A DNA stretch of 64,000 nucleotides from Paragordius varius (GCA_964247055.1 OZ176059.1:1798001-1862000); one strand, 5' to 3'; shown: positions 1 through 14,993, counted from the first letter of the stretch. Notes: generated by a model not told the origin, from the letters alone. Made by a program: numbers and translations.

Positions 1-105
1 TTATTGTTTAAAAATATAAAAAATATATAAGTAATTTTTTTGTGTTAAAAAACACTCGATTTATTTTAGGATGAATTTGAATTGTTTTAGGGTGAATTTA
101 AACTG

Positions 106-144
<39 letters not shown>

Positions 145-235
145 AAAAAATTTATATATTTGATAAAATTACGTGTATAAAGACAACGAAACATACCTTA
201 TTTATTAAGGCATTAAAAAGTATCTTATATAAAAT

Positions 236-520
236 AAAAATTAAAATTATACGGACAAATTGTAAAAATATAAAGACAAATTTTTTTATTAAAGACAACC
301 CCCTATCAAAAACATTTATTTAATTATAATTGTAAACTAAATAAATAATTGATGGTCTTACAAATTTACATGTCTTCTCTATTATACTCTGTAGTTTAAA
401 ACAATGAGATTTATATTTAAAAAAAATCAAAATTTAAAAGTTTGTCTGTTAGATAAAAATATTTGTCTTTATATTTTCACCATTTTTTGTCCGTAGTATA
501 ATTTCAATTTTTACTACTGT
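236..520. mobile_element. MITE family B copy
   Basis: Left arm AATTATACGGACAAA near 246; right arm ending ACTACTG|TA near 520. Confidence 0.7.
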
Positions 521-743
521 AAAATTTGTTTTTAAATTTTTACGTTTCTTTAAAAGTTCAATTTTGACTGTATATGTGGCGTTATTTTTACTTGATGAAT
601 ATAATTAAGTTTTCATTCAACATTCAACATAAAAATGTTTTTAATGATTCCAATGTAACTAGAATATAATTTAGTTTACAGTATATTACCATCTTTGATT
701 TAAATATATGCCATCTAACATAATTTTTATCATTATTTTTTAG

Positions 744-2277
744 TCAATTCCTACAGCAAACCAAACTAGTGGCAGTTATAACGTCGCATTACATAGCGGC
801 GGTAGTACCCTAGAATCGGGCAATTATCCGCCACCATTTATGCACACGTCGTCACGAATCACGACATCAACAGCTGATGTGAGACTATCAGCTGCGAATC
901 TATCATCATCACCTTACGCATTTCCTCCCGCCGTCTCCATTTCGGGCAAAACTTCGCCGCCCCTTAATAACTCTACAGCTGGTGTAAAAAAGGCCGCTTT
1001 TTCGAATATAAAGACCGAAACAGCAGCTGACGACGATATTGAGGATAAGATTGGCCGTGTCATAGATAGCGTAGCTACTGGTGGAGCGGGTCGGTTTTTA
1101 CCCCAATCGGCCACCACCGCCGCCACCACTTTGACCAACAATCACCTGTTGATGACAAGTACCGCTAAAAACGTTAACAATAACATTAAAACAACAACAA
1201 CATTTGTTGGTAAAATGAGTACAACAGCAAGTGCTAGAACCACTCAAGAAGCCGCCTTTAACTCAGCTGTTGTCGGCGCCGCCCCCATATTTTATCAACA
1301 ACAGCTGACACCCCAATCATTCACAAACGCTGCTCTCGGGCTGCCAGCTGGTGATTACATCAATAATACACAAGGAACGAGATTAAATAACCCCAATCAA
1401 TATTTTAGCGGTATGGGACCTGCTAACAATATGGGTGATTCCATGCCCCATCATCTCGGACTCGTTAAAAATGAGTATATTGGTCCAGGTTCCAATAATG
1501 CCAATAATGCTCTTTCAGGTCAACAATTACCATATAAAAGCAATAGCAATAATAATATGAATAATATGATTGATAATCAACCAAATGCTTATATTAACAA
1601 TTTTTATAATTCCGCATCATCAAACGTTTCTTCTACTACTACTACTAATATTAATGTCAATTATATCAACACCACCGATAATTTTTACAATAACAACACT
1701 TTGGTGGTGACAAAAAGTAACGCCGCGACATTTGTCCCCGTTTCCACAAGTCAGCATTCGAATAACGTTCAACCATCCTCTGGTCCTGTCCCTTCTTCTA
1801 TGCTTGTTGATGATAAAAAACTGACGATCGATTACGCGACGTTTTCTACGTCTACTAATAACCTTAACAGCTGTTTATCAGTTAAAACCGAATATGGGGA
1901 GGAAGGAACCGTTAGCGAACACACCAGCACTAACACAGCCGTTTTTATTGCCAAGAGGGAACAAGAAGAAGAATGTAAAAGCACTGTTGCCCTTGATTAC
2001 GAAACAAACACGCAAAGTGGATCCGTTACCATGGCAACCAGCTTATCAGCTGCTGCTGCCGCCGCCACTACACCCCTAAATAGTAATATTAAAGATGATG
2101 CGACGACACCGAGCGCGACAACAGCTGTTCAAACGCCAGGACAGGGCGGTGGCGGCAGCTTTGTGAGGGGCGAAGCTACGCCCAAGTCAACCTTGAGTAG
2201 TACCAGTAATTTGGGGACACCAATATCCTCACTCTCCTCATCTCAACAGCTGGTCCTCCCGCCGCCAAATAAAAAAG
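744..2277 (+). CDS. CREBBP: CBP exon: N/S/T-rich low-complexity linker upstream of the bromodomain
   Basis: Acceptor TTTTAG ends at 743 (alternative CTACAG at 756). The frame is open to the donor AAG|GTATTT at 2278, phase 1, joining ...PPPNKK to VFSPEEL. Confidence 0.85.
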
Positions 2278-4770
2278 GTATTTAATTAATTTTATGTAAC
2301 AAAAAATTATAAAGACACTAAACGAGTATCATAAATACATTTTTCTTCAGGTGTTAAGGAAAAAAAAGCATAATATTATTTTCGTATATATAATATATAA
2401 ACAATTTACATATCAAATCACTAGTTTTGCTATGCAACCCATAAAAGTAAGTAAGTAATATTTGAACAAATTTTTGAAAAAATATGGGGTTGTTTTTATA
2501 TTTTTACGTTTTGTCCATCGCTTTATTTCACTTTTTACCGTATATACAGTATTCAGTCCTGAGGAATTAAGACAAGCCCTTATGCCTACCCTTGAAAAAT
2601 TGTATCGCCAAGATCCAGAATCTATACCATTCCGCCAGCCCGTAGATCCGGCCATGTTACAAATACCCGTATGTCGAGTCCCAACATATTCAACTTTTTT
2701 TTTATTTTGATTTAATTTTTTTTGTTCAAAAAAACTTTTTGCTTTTATTAAATGGGGGGGGGGGGGGGGGGAGGGGGGGTACAAATATTTGGTAAAGAAT
2801 GGAAAAGAGCTTTATCCATTTAATTTATATATATACCATTTACAGTTAAAATTCACCTTCAAATAAAATATATGTTTTTTATTAAAAATTACCTATATTT
2901 TTATATAATTTTTTAAAAAAGGCAATTTTGTTTAAATTAATAGAATACTGAAAAAGTAATAAACTATGCGCCATAAAGATATATTTCATATTAATAATAA
3001 GTTATATTGGTTGAAAAACATATATTTTATTTGATTGAATTTTCAAGGGGGGGGGGTGAATTTGAATTGTTTAAGGATGAATTTAAATTGTTCAAGGGGG
3101 TTAATTTTAATTATCAAGAGAGAATTCGAATTGCTTATAGCTTAATTTAAATTGTTTAAACGAATGAATTTGAATTCTAGTAAATGGTATTTATCTTTAT
3201 TATTGATATTCCTAGGATTACTTTCAAATCATAAAACACCCCATGGACCTATCAACCATCAAAAAGAAACTTGACACAGGTCAGTATAAGGATCCCTGGC
3301 AATATGTTGAAGACGTTTACCTCATGTTTAATAATGCCTACCTGTACAATCGTAAAACATCTCGAGTCTACAAATATTGTTCACGAGTAAGTGCTCTATT
3401 GCTTTAAGTTCACGATCAGCTGATTTTTTTGAATTTTTTTGGTCATTGGGTTTTTGGTTTTTGACATTTAAAATGTTACATTTATTTTAATATTACATGT
3501 GTTTTTATTGTTTTTTCATAAAATTTAAAGATTTTTTATTGTTTAAAAAGGTTATTTTTATAATAATTTTTCTACTTGTGTTGTTTTATTCCAACATTTT
3601 TTTTTCATGATAAAAATATATATATAAAAACAACATTTTATAAAAACCCCAATTTTTAGAAATCATATATAGAGTCACATGGCAGTGTTTGAGATCAGCT
3701 GATTTTTTCTTCATTTTTTAAGGCTTTTTTAGTAGTAGAAATAATATATTATATATTTTTCTTTTTTTCTTAAGTTACAAGAGGTGTTTGAAAGTGAAAT
3801 AGATGGCGTTATGAGATCGCTTGGGTACTGTTGTGGCCACAAATATGTGTTTCAACCTCAGGTCCTTTGTTGCTATGGCAACAAGCTTTGTACCATAGCA
3901 CGTGACATGCATTACATGTCCTATAAAAACAAGTATAAAAAAGTTTTGATTATTACTCAAAATTTGCTAAAAAAACGAATAATATATACCCTTTAACAAT
4001 TCAAATTCACCCTTGAACCATTTAAATTCACCCCCCTGTAAAAATAAATTACGTCTTTTTTGAGATTAAATTTCTTTTTTTGTATTTTTTAAAAAATGAA
4101 ACCTTGTTTGTATTTGAAATAATACTGAAAAAAGTATAAACTAAGAAGCCATAAAGATATATTTCATATTAATAATGAATTATATTAGCTGCCCGAAAAC
4201 ACTTAATTTATTTTTACAGGGGTGAATTTGAATTGTTCAAGGGTGACTTTTACAGTAAATGGTTTATATATTACTTTATTTTATAAAAAAAGATTAGTGT
4301 TTTATTTTTTTATCTTTTATATTATCTATCTACAATTTATTAATTTATATGTCCTTTATATATATATATATATATATATTTAATTCTAAACTATTAGGTA
4401 TGTTTATTGTGAAAAATGTTTCTCAGATATTCAAGGCGAAACTGTAACCATTAGCGATGATCCTACCCAACCCTCAACGTAATATTTTTTTTTACAAAAA
4501 AAATTTTATGTTAAATTTAATTTTTTAAAATTTATAGTTTTTTTAATAAATTTTCTTAAATTAATTATAATTAAAATCAAATATTTTATCGACAGTTTTT
4601 TTGATCTTAGTTATTATTATTTATACAAAATTTATGGTAATTTAAGTTATTTCCTTCATTTATAATTGTTAACAACAACAAAATCAATTTTTAAATTAAA
4701 TATTAATATCTCCTTTTACTAGATTATATATATATATAAATTTATATATATATGTATAGTATTTTGACCA

Positions 4771-4810
<40 letters not shown>

Positions 4811-4927
4811 CTTTTTTAATCATTTATAGAATTATACGTAAAGATGAATTTATCAAGGAGAAAAATGATAAATTAGAGTCTGAAATGTAAGTTTTTTTCT
4901 GTGTTTCTAAAAAAAATAATTATTTTC

Positions 4928-4962
<35 letters not shown>

Positions 4963-7900
4963 CTTAATTTTTTATTATATAAAAATTATAATTATCTTAT
5001 ATTACACCATCAACTATATTTCTTTTTTATATAAAAACTTGAATTATTGCAATTTTAATATGTATATATATATATATATATATATATTAACTTAATTTTT
5101 TGTTATTATAATTAAAATTATATTATATGACCAATTGTATTTAAACTTTTTTTCATATAAAATCTTAAATTATTGCAATTTTAATATAATATATATATAT
5201 ATATGACTCAGTTTTGTGTTGCTTTAAAAATTATAATTAAAATTATATTATATAACCAATACTATTTAAACTTTTTTTATATAAAAAACTTAAATTATTG
5301 CAATTTTTATATAAATATATATATATATGACTAAGTTTTGTGTTACGTTTAAAAATTATATTATATTTTATTATATTCCAAATTTTACATATAAAAATCT
5401 TGAATTGCAATTTTAATATATTTATATATTTTAAATTTTATAGGATGATTGAATGTAATGAATGTGGACGATTAATGCATCAAATTTGTGCCGTTTTTAT
5501 GGAATCTATATGGCCTATGGGGTAATTATATATATATATATATATTAAAAACTTTTTTTAGGAAATCAAAATTGAATTATAATAAAATGTTAAAAACATA
5601 ATACTTATAAAAAAACAGTTTTTTTTGATAATTCTATTGTAAGAATTAAATAAATTTTAATTCTTTCATATCCTCCTAACACTTGAATATTTTTATGCTA
5701 ACAATATATATAAATTATTTTTGTTTGATATAGCACAGTTCAAAAGGTTTTTATAACTTGAAAAAACATTTATTTTAAGGTATATCATCCTTAAAATTAT
5801 TTATTATATTAAACATCATATATTATATAATAATTTTAAACCAGTTACACGTGTGATAATTGTTTGAAGGCCCGAAATGCTAGACGGAAAGAAAACCGTT
5901 TTACCGCTAAACGTAAGCAGTTATAACTGTGTTTTATTTTATCGTTTTTTATATATTTTTTATATGTTAGCGGTCCGTTTTTTTTATTTCTACAATTGAA
6001 TGAAATTTTTTAATTTTATATGTCTTTGGACAAGAATGTTGTTTTTAATCACTTACTTAATTTTTAGTCTCTAAATTTTTTTCAGTTTTTTTTAAAAAAA
6101 AAATTTTCTCAGAATATTAATGCTATTTTATAATCGTATAGTTTTTTTAATTTTTTGTTCCCTTTATAATTGTAACTAAATGATATATATAAATATATTT
6201 ATTTGTTTATTTATTTGTTTAAAATTTTTTGATTTATATTTACTGATTTTTTAATGTTATTCATAAAAAATATTTAATGTTTGATGAAAATATTTTGTTG
6301 TTTGACGAAAATATTTATATAATCTAATGTTTTTACATATAATCTATTTCAGATAGATAATATATATATATATATTTATGTATAATTTATAATATGGGTC
6401 ATCTCGATAAATTGACTTTTAATTAAAAATTTAAATTTTATTGTTTTTCCAATCAACCTATTAATTTTAATTCAAATTATTTTATTTTCATGTCATTTAT
6501 ATTTTTCATATTTATTTGAAAATATCAAATCCATATTATTTTATAAAATTAATTTTTTTTATTATTATTTCATTTTATTTTTACATCAATTTTTTTTACT
6601 TTTATTATCAAATTATTTCAATATCATGTCATTCATTTATATTTTCCATATTATTTCAAAAATTTAATTTTCGATATTATTTAAAAATGTTCTAAAATTT
6701 TCCATAATATTTACAAAATTTAATTTTATTTTAACATATCATGTCATGTCATTTATTCATAATATTTCCATAATAATAAAAAATTTTTATTTTTTAAAAT
6801 TTAAATTATTTTAAAATAAATTTTCTTTTAATTTTAATTATTTTAGTGTCACACCATTAATTATATATATATTATTTCAAAAAATATTAAAATTTTAATT
6901 TTAATTTCATTTAAATTATTGCTAAAATATTTTTTATTTTCATCATTCAATTTTTTTGATTTTTTTAACATATCATGTATTTTATTATATTTTCCATATT
7001 TTAATAAATAATTAAAATATTAAATTAATATTTATAATTTTTTATTTCATTTTTTTTTGTTTTTTTTAGGCTTACCTAAAACGCGGCTTGGAACATTCCT
7101 GGAAAATCGGGTAAACACCTTCCTGCGTAAAAAAGAGGCCCCAGGGGCCGGGGAAGTTAGTATCCGTGTCCTAGCAAGCAGTGAAAAAATGACTGAAGTC
7201 AAAACACTTATGAGAGAAAGGTAGGTGTGATAATATATGTATAAATGTAAAAATATAAAGACAAATATATTTTTCTAAAAGACAATTCCATTTTTTTTAC
7301 TCTTGAACAATTTAAATTCATGTTTCTTAAATAATTCAAATTTACCCTTGTTTAATAATTCTAATCGCCCCCCCCCCCACCCCCCTTTGAACGATCCCCT
7401 TTGAACAACTTAAATTCATTCCCCTTGAATAATTCTATTTCTTTACTCTTGAACAATTTAAATTCACCCCTCTTTAACATAAAAATTGATTCTTGAACAA
7501 TTTAAATTCATTCCCCTTGAATAATTCGAATTGACATCCCTTTAACAATTCAAGTTCACCCTTGAACAATTTAAATTCACCCCCCTTAAATAATTCAAAT
7601 TTACCCTTGTTAAATAATTCTAATTCGCCCCCCTTCTATTTAAATTCATTCCTCTTAAATAATTCAAATTGACATCCCTTGAACAATTTAATTCACCCCC
7701 CTTAAATAATTCAAAATTTAAATTCACTCTTGAACAATTCAAATTCACACCTATTACCTATATTTTATATATTTTTCAAAAATAACATTTTGTATTTAAT
7801 CAAAATAATACTGTAAAAATAATAAACTATACCATAAACATGTATTTCATATTAATAGTAATGAGTTATATTAGACCGAAGTTTCATAATTTATTTTTAG

Positions 7901-10900
7901 GGTGAATTTGAATTGTTCGAGGATGAATTTGAATTGTTCAAGGGGGTGAAGAATTGTAAATGGTATATATATATATATATATCTTTAAAAAAAATCAAGG
8001 CAACATTTGTCAAAGTGTGGGTAGGATAAATTAAGGTTGCAAAAAGTATAATGTCTTTTAAAACAAATTATTTGTCTTTATATATATTTTTTGATAAATT
8101 TTGTCCTTCCATAGTATAATTTTGAATCTAATAGGTATTTCAATTACTTATCTGCAATTAGGATATAATTAAGATCTAAAAAAGTATGAGTTAGAACAAA
8201 TTAATTGTCTTTATATATATTTTTCGATATATTTTGTCCTTCCATAGTATAATTTTGAATCTATCGGTATTTCAATTATTTATCTGCAATTAGGATATAA
8301 TTAAGATCCAAAAAAGTATTAGTTAGAACAAAATCATTTGTCATTTTTAAAAAATTATTTGTCTTTATATATTTTTTGATATATTTTGTCCAAAGTATAA
8401 TTATACATATCAGAATTCTTTTTATTTGTTAATATAATAGGTAGATAATCTAATAGGTATTTCAATTATATATTTGCAATATAAATAATAGTTTATATAG
8501 AAAAGTATGAGTTTGGTTGTTTCTTTTATAGCAAAATTATTTACCTTTATATATATTTTCTCCATAGTTTAATTAAACTTATTATATTTTTCGATAAACT
8601 TTATCCATAGTAAATTATAATTTATTTTTTTTTATTCCCCGTAATTTAATAGGTACTTCAATTATATGCCTGCAATTAGGATAAATTAAGGTTTTAAAAA
8701 GTATAAGAATTTGTCTTTTAGAAAAAATCATTTGTCTTTATATAAATTTTTTTTCCATAGTATAATTAAACTTATTATATTTTTTGCTATATGATATTTA
8801 ATCTTTTTTATTTGCTGCTAATATCCAGGTATTCTGAAACGGGTCGATTTCCTAGTTCCTTCCCCCACAAGAGTAAGGCATTGTTTGCCTTCGAAGACAT
8901 TGATGGTCAAGATGTCTGTTTCTTTGGTATGCATGTTCAAGAATATGGCACAGATGCCCCTCCACCAAATACTAGGTAGGAATTTTGATTTCTTTTTAAA
9001 TCCTTCATTTTGATTTATTAGGAATTCAGTATATCTCTTTTTAAATGACTAATTTATTATAGTTTCCAAAGAATATTCATTAGAATACATTAGTTTTAAA
9101 AGAATCATTCATTAGGAATTAGTATAGTTCTCTAAGAATATTCATTAGAAATCAGAATATTTCTTTTTAAAACGCTGTATTCATCCATTAGAAATCAGTA
9201 TATTTTTAAAGAATATTCCTTAGGAATTAGTATAGTTCTCAAAAGGGGGGGCGGAGATTAGAAATCAGTATAGTTTCCAAAGAATATTCTTTCATTAAAA
9301 ATCAGTATAGTTCTCAATGAATATTCATTAGAAAATAGTTCTTTTTAAATGCCTAATTCCTTAGAAATCAGTATAGTTCTTTTTAAATGCCTAATTCATT
9401 AGAAAGTATAGTTTTCAAAGAATTATCATTAGGAATCAATATACTTTTTAAATGCCTAATTCATTAGAAATCAGTATAGTTTCCAAAGAATTATCATTAG
9501 AAATCAGTATATTTTTTTTAAATGCTTAATTCATTAAAAATCAGTATAGTTCTCAAAGAATATTATCAATAGGAATCAATATAACTTTAAAAGCTTAATT
9601 CATTAGATATCAGTATAGTTTCCAAAAAATATTCCTTAGAAATCAGTATAGTTCTTTTTAATGACTAATTCAGTAGAAAATCAGTATAGTTTAAAAAGAA
9701 GGGGGCAGGGGCGGAGATTAGAAAAATTTGGAAAATTTAGAAATAATGAAAAAAATTATAGAAATGAATTGAATTAAAAGATTTAAAACCAGGTGCGAAT
9801 TATCATGAATTGTCATTATGATTGATTGGTATGAAAATGATATTTTTTCAAAAAATGTAGACAGATGGATATATAAAGATTTCATTGATTGTTTGTGAAA
9901 TTTTTTTTGTGTATATAATTATAATGTATTTTACGTTTTTATTTGACTTTTAAAACATGATGACATTTTATAAAACTTTTTTGATAAAAACTGATTTAAG
10001 CTAAATATTTACGATTCGGTTAGTAATAATGCTTAAATTTGATCTATATATATGTGTGTGTGAAATTTTTTAAGTTTTGCATTGTAATTACGGTAAGGAT
10101 TGAAATTATACGGAAGGACAAAATGTAAAATATAAAAAGACAAATTTTTTTTTACCAAAAAAAAGACAACTGCCTATACTTTTTTAATCATCCTGATTGT
10201 TATTAAATATATAATTAACTAATTCATTGTTTTAAACTTTCCAATGTATAGATAGAATAGAAAGGTATATTGGTAATAACACAAGAAATTACATATTTTA
10301 TTGTTATTAAATGCTTATATACAATAGGGAGATAAATTAAGGTTTAAAAAAAGTATGGTTGGTTGGTTGTCTTTTGAAAATAATATTTGTCCTTATATTT
10401 TTTCGTTTTGTCCATATAATATAATTTCATTTTTACTCTGTAATTTATATAAGGAAAATTATGGTTCAAAAAAGTATGGTTGTCTATCGAAAATAAAATT
10501 TGTCTTTATATTTTTACGTTTTGTTTGTCCATATACTATAATTTCAATTTTTACACTGTAATTTTTTACATAAGCTAAATTAAGGTTTGAAAAAAAGTGT
10601 GGTTGGTTGGTTGTCTTTTGGAAATAATATTTGTCTTTAAATTTTTACTTTTTGTCTTGTCCTTCCGTAGTATAATTTCAATTTTTCTGTAATTTTTTAT
10701 ATAAGGAAAATTAAGGTTTAAGAAAGTATGGTTAGTTGGTTGTCTTTTGAAAAAAAAATTTGTCCTTATATTTTTGGACATTTTGTCCGTATAATTTCAA
10801 TTTTTATTCTGTAATTTAGGAAAATTAAGGTTCAAAAAAGTATGGTTATCTTTTTTAAAAAAAATTTGTCCTTATATTTTTTCGTTTTGTCCATATAATT

Positions 10901-11727
10901 TCAATTTTTACTCTGTAATCATTTATATAAGGAAAATTAAGATTCAAAAAAGTATGGTTGGCTGTCTTTTGAAAATAAAATTTGTCTTTATATTTTTGGA
11001 CATTTTGTCCGTATTTCAATTTTTACTCTGTAAATTATATAAATAAAATTAGGGTTTAAAAGGTATGGTTGTCTTTTGAAAATAAAATTTGTTCTTATAT
11101 ATTTGCGTTTTGTCCATATAATATAATTTCATTTTTACTCTTTAATTTATATAAAGAAAATTAGGGTTTAAAATAAGTATGGGTGTCTTTTGAAAATAAA
11201 ATTTGTCCTTATATTTTTGGACATTTTGTCCGTATAATTTCAATTTTTATTGTAATTTGGGAAAATTAAGGTTTAAAAAAATGGTTAGTTGGTTGTCTTT
11301 TGAAAATAAAATTTGTCCTTATATTTTTGGACATTTTGTCCGTATAATTTCAATTTTTATTGTAATTTGGGAAAATTAAGGTTCAAAAAAGTATGGGATT
11401 GTCTTTTGAAAATAAAATTTGTCCTTATATTTTTGGACATTTTGTCCGTATAATTTCAATTTTTATTGTAATTTGGGAAAATTAAGGTTCAAAAAAGTAT
11501 GGGATTGTCTTTTGAAAATAAAATTTGTCTTTATATTTTTGAACATTTTTTCCGTATAATTTAAATTTTTATTCAGTATATGATATATATATTGCATATT
11601 TTAGACGCATTTACATTTCTTACCTGGATAGCGTTTACTTTTTTCGCCCTAGCAGTTTTCGTACAGCCGTATATCATGAAATTTTGATTGGTTACCTTGA
11701 TTATTGCAAAAAACTTGGGTAATTTAC

Positions 11728-11765
<38 letters not shown>

Positions 11766-14678
11766 TTTAAATGAAAATATTATGTTTTATTATATATGCA
11801 ATTATAATTTAGCAAAAATTATATAAATTTATTAAAATATTTCAATTACTACAAGTAATCTTTGTCAAACGTAAAAATAAAATAAAAATATAAACTAAAA
11901 TTTAAATTATAAAGTAAAAATATTTAATGAACTATGAAACTAAGAAAACATGTGTGTATTGTTGATAAGAAAAAAATTTGTAATGTTATTAATATTGTTA
12001 TTACTGTTTTTATGCGCCCGCTTTATTTTGTCATTTGTTTTGGGGGTTAAAGCCTTGTGGTTGGTAGATCACATTCGTTTATTTTTTTTGAATTATTTAA
12101 AGCAATTAGATAGAAATTTTTTACAAGATATAATTTTATAAAAACATTTTTTTTGTAATTTTTAAATATTTATAATGCATATATTTTTTTCATATAACTA
12201 ATTTTCGATTTTTCCTTATATATCACATAAATTTTGTTGAATTATTTAAAGCAATCATATTTACAAGATATCATTTTTTAAAAACATTTTTTTTGTAATT
12301 TTTTAAGTTTCTACTTATATACACACAGTAGTGGCCACAAAAAAATAGACGAACATGAGTTTTATCTATACTTTAATAATAAGAAATCCCTTGGAAAAAA
12401 GAGACCCCAACATTTAGGGGCTAAAATGCGCCCCAAAACGGAAATCTTCCATTTTTTCATTTTTTTTGATTAGAAATAGATTTTTGTCCATATTTTTTAT
12501 TTTAAACTTAATGAGCAAACACGATAAAACTTTTATATATATTATATAAAACCTAATATTATATTCTTAAGAAAAATATATACCATTTACAATTTAATTT
12601 CACCCTTGAACAATTCAAATTCACCCTCAAATAAAATATATGTTTTTTAAGACTAAAAATTACCAATATTTTTAAAAAAATAAAAATTTTGTTCTAAATT
12701 AAAATAATACTGAACAAATAATAAACTTTGCCATAAACATATATTTAATATTAATAAGGAGTTATATTAGTTCGAAAATACATAATTTATTTTTAGGGTG
12801 AATTTTCAATTGTTCAAAGGTGAATTTGAATTGTTCAAGGGTGAATTTGATTTGTTCGAGGGTGAATTTGAACTGTAAATGGTATATAATTAATTCCACA
12901 AAAATAGAAATATTCATAAATTTTATGCATTGCATTACTTTGCTAATTTTGATTTTTCTTGTTAGTTACACTATGGCACATATCTGGGCATGTCCACCCA
13001 GTGAAGGCGACGATTACATTTTCCATTGTCACCCTGTCGATCAAAAAATCCCAAAACCTAAACGACTCCAGGAATGGTATAAAAAGATGTTGGATAAGGG
13101 TATCCTTGATCGCGTTGTCGTTGATTATAAGGTGACATAACATTTTTTAGTTACTTTCTTTAAAGTTTTTATGACATATTTTAGTTTTTTTATAGTTTTG
13201 GGTTGCATTTGAAATAAAGTCTAAGTCAGGAGTTATAATATAGGATAGCTCTGTTTTGTTTAATGAAAAACACATTTTGATGAATGTTAAGGTAATAACA
13301 TTTATGTTGAAGTTTTTCTTTCATCTACTTTTATTAAAGTTTTTTGAGTTGCATTTTGAATTAGTCAGTCCAACAAGTTTTTATGAGTTATAAGAATAGC
13401 TCTGTTCTGTTTTTAATGGAAAAACGCATTTTAATGAATATTAAGGTAATCACATTCTTTAGTTTCTTTTTTTGAAGTTTAAAACTACTTTTTTTAAGTT
13501 TTTTTGAGTTGCATTTAATAAAGTTCAAGTTATGAGTTATAGTATAGCTCTGCTCTGTTTTGTTTAATGAAAAACGCATTTTGTGAATGTTATTATATAG
13601 GACATCCTTAAACAAGCCATGGAGGATAATTTGCAAAGCCCGACGGATTTGCCCTACTTTGAGGGCGATTTTTGGCCCAACGCGTTGGAGGAAACGATCA
13701 AAGAAATGGATGCCGAAGAACATGCCGACGCCAAACGAAAAGCTCAAGAATCAGCTGCTGTTGCTGCTGCCTCAACAGCTGATCATCACCATGGCAACAA
13801 CGCCGCTACGTCAGCATCGTCTGCATCATCCTTGTTGTCATCAGCTGGTGGTGGTGGTGGCGGTATTGATAAAGACGTTGACAGTGAAGATGTAAGTGGC
13901 ACACATGTGTTTTTAAACATATGATTTTATGAATGAATGCGAGGACATATGATTGTGTGAATATGGACCTGATTTAGGATAATTATTTGTTTTTTTGATT
14001 GTTTTAATTAATCCATGCTTTTTTACCTTATCGGCTAGTTCCGTTGTTGATATTAATAATTAAAGAATCTTTTTACAAATGATTTAATAATTGATTTTGA
14101 GCATAAAACCACCTATATAGTCATTTGGAGTCATATGGTTTTATATTTATGAGATAAAAATTAAATAGTTAAATTAATGATAAAATATATAAAAATACTT
14201 GTTTATTTCTAATCATTTATTAAGTTTTTTGTCCCTACATTACTGTATGTTATGTTTCTTTAGATTTTTTAAATAACTTTATACCATTATGATATTCCTT
14301 GACTCAACCAACCAGTGTGGTTGAAAAAAACTCAAACCCAATATTTACTACAACTTTTGAAAAAGGGCAAACTGTATAAATCTTTATGTCTTATATAGGG
14401 TGGTAGCACAATAAATAGCAACAGTAATGTGATTGGTAAAATGGGTAAAAACAAGAATAAGAATAAAAGTGCCCTCCAAAAATCCAAATCAAGTTCCCTA
14501 CGCAAAAGCAATAAACGCGCCCTCTTCCCCCAAGTCTCCAATGATTTATCCGCCAAAATTTATGCCACCATGGAAAAGCATAAAGAGGTATATACATATA
14601 TTATGTTTCAAACAATTGAAAATTATTCATATATATATATATATATATATATATGATGTTCAATTTTAACTCCCTAAA

Positions 14679-14716
<38 letters not shown>

Positions 14717-14797
14717 TCTTTAAACACACCCCTTTATTTTTTTCTTTTCTTCTGTTCAGGTCTTTTTTGTCATTCGACTTCATCTAATGTTCATTTT

Positions 14798-14832
<35 letters not shown>

Positions 14833-14948
14833 ATGCAATACCTTAAAAAATTATATACATATATATTTCTTTAAACACCCTTTATTTTACATTTTTTTAC
14901 ATTATTATTCTTTTGCCACAGCCGACTTTACTAACTGTTCATTTCCTT

Positions 14949-14993
<45 letters not shown>

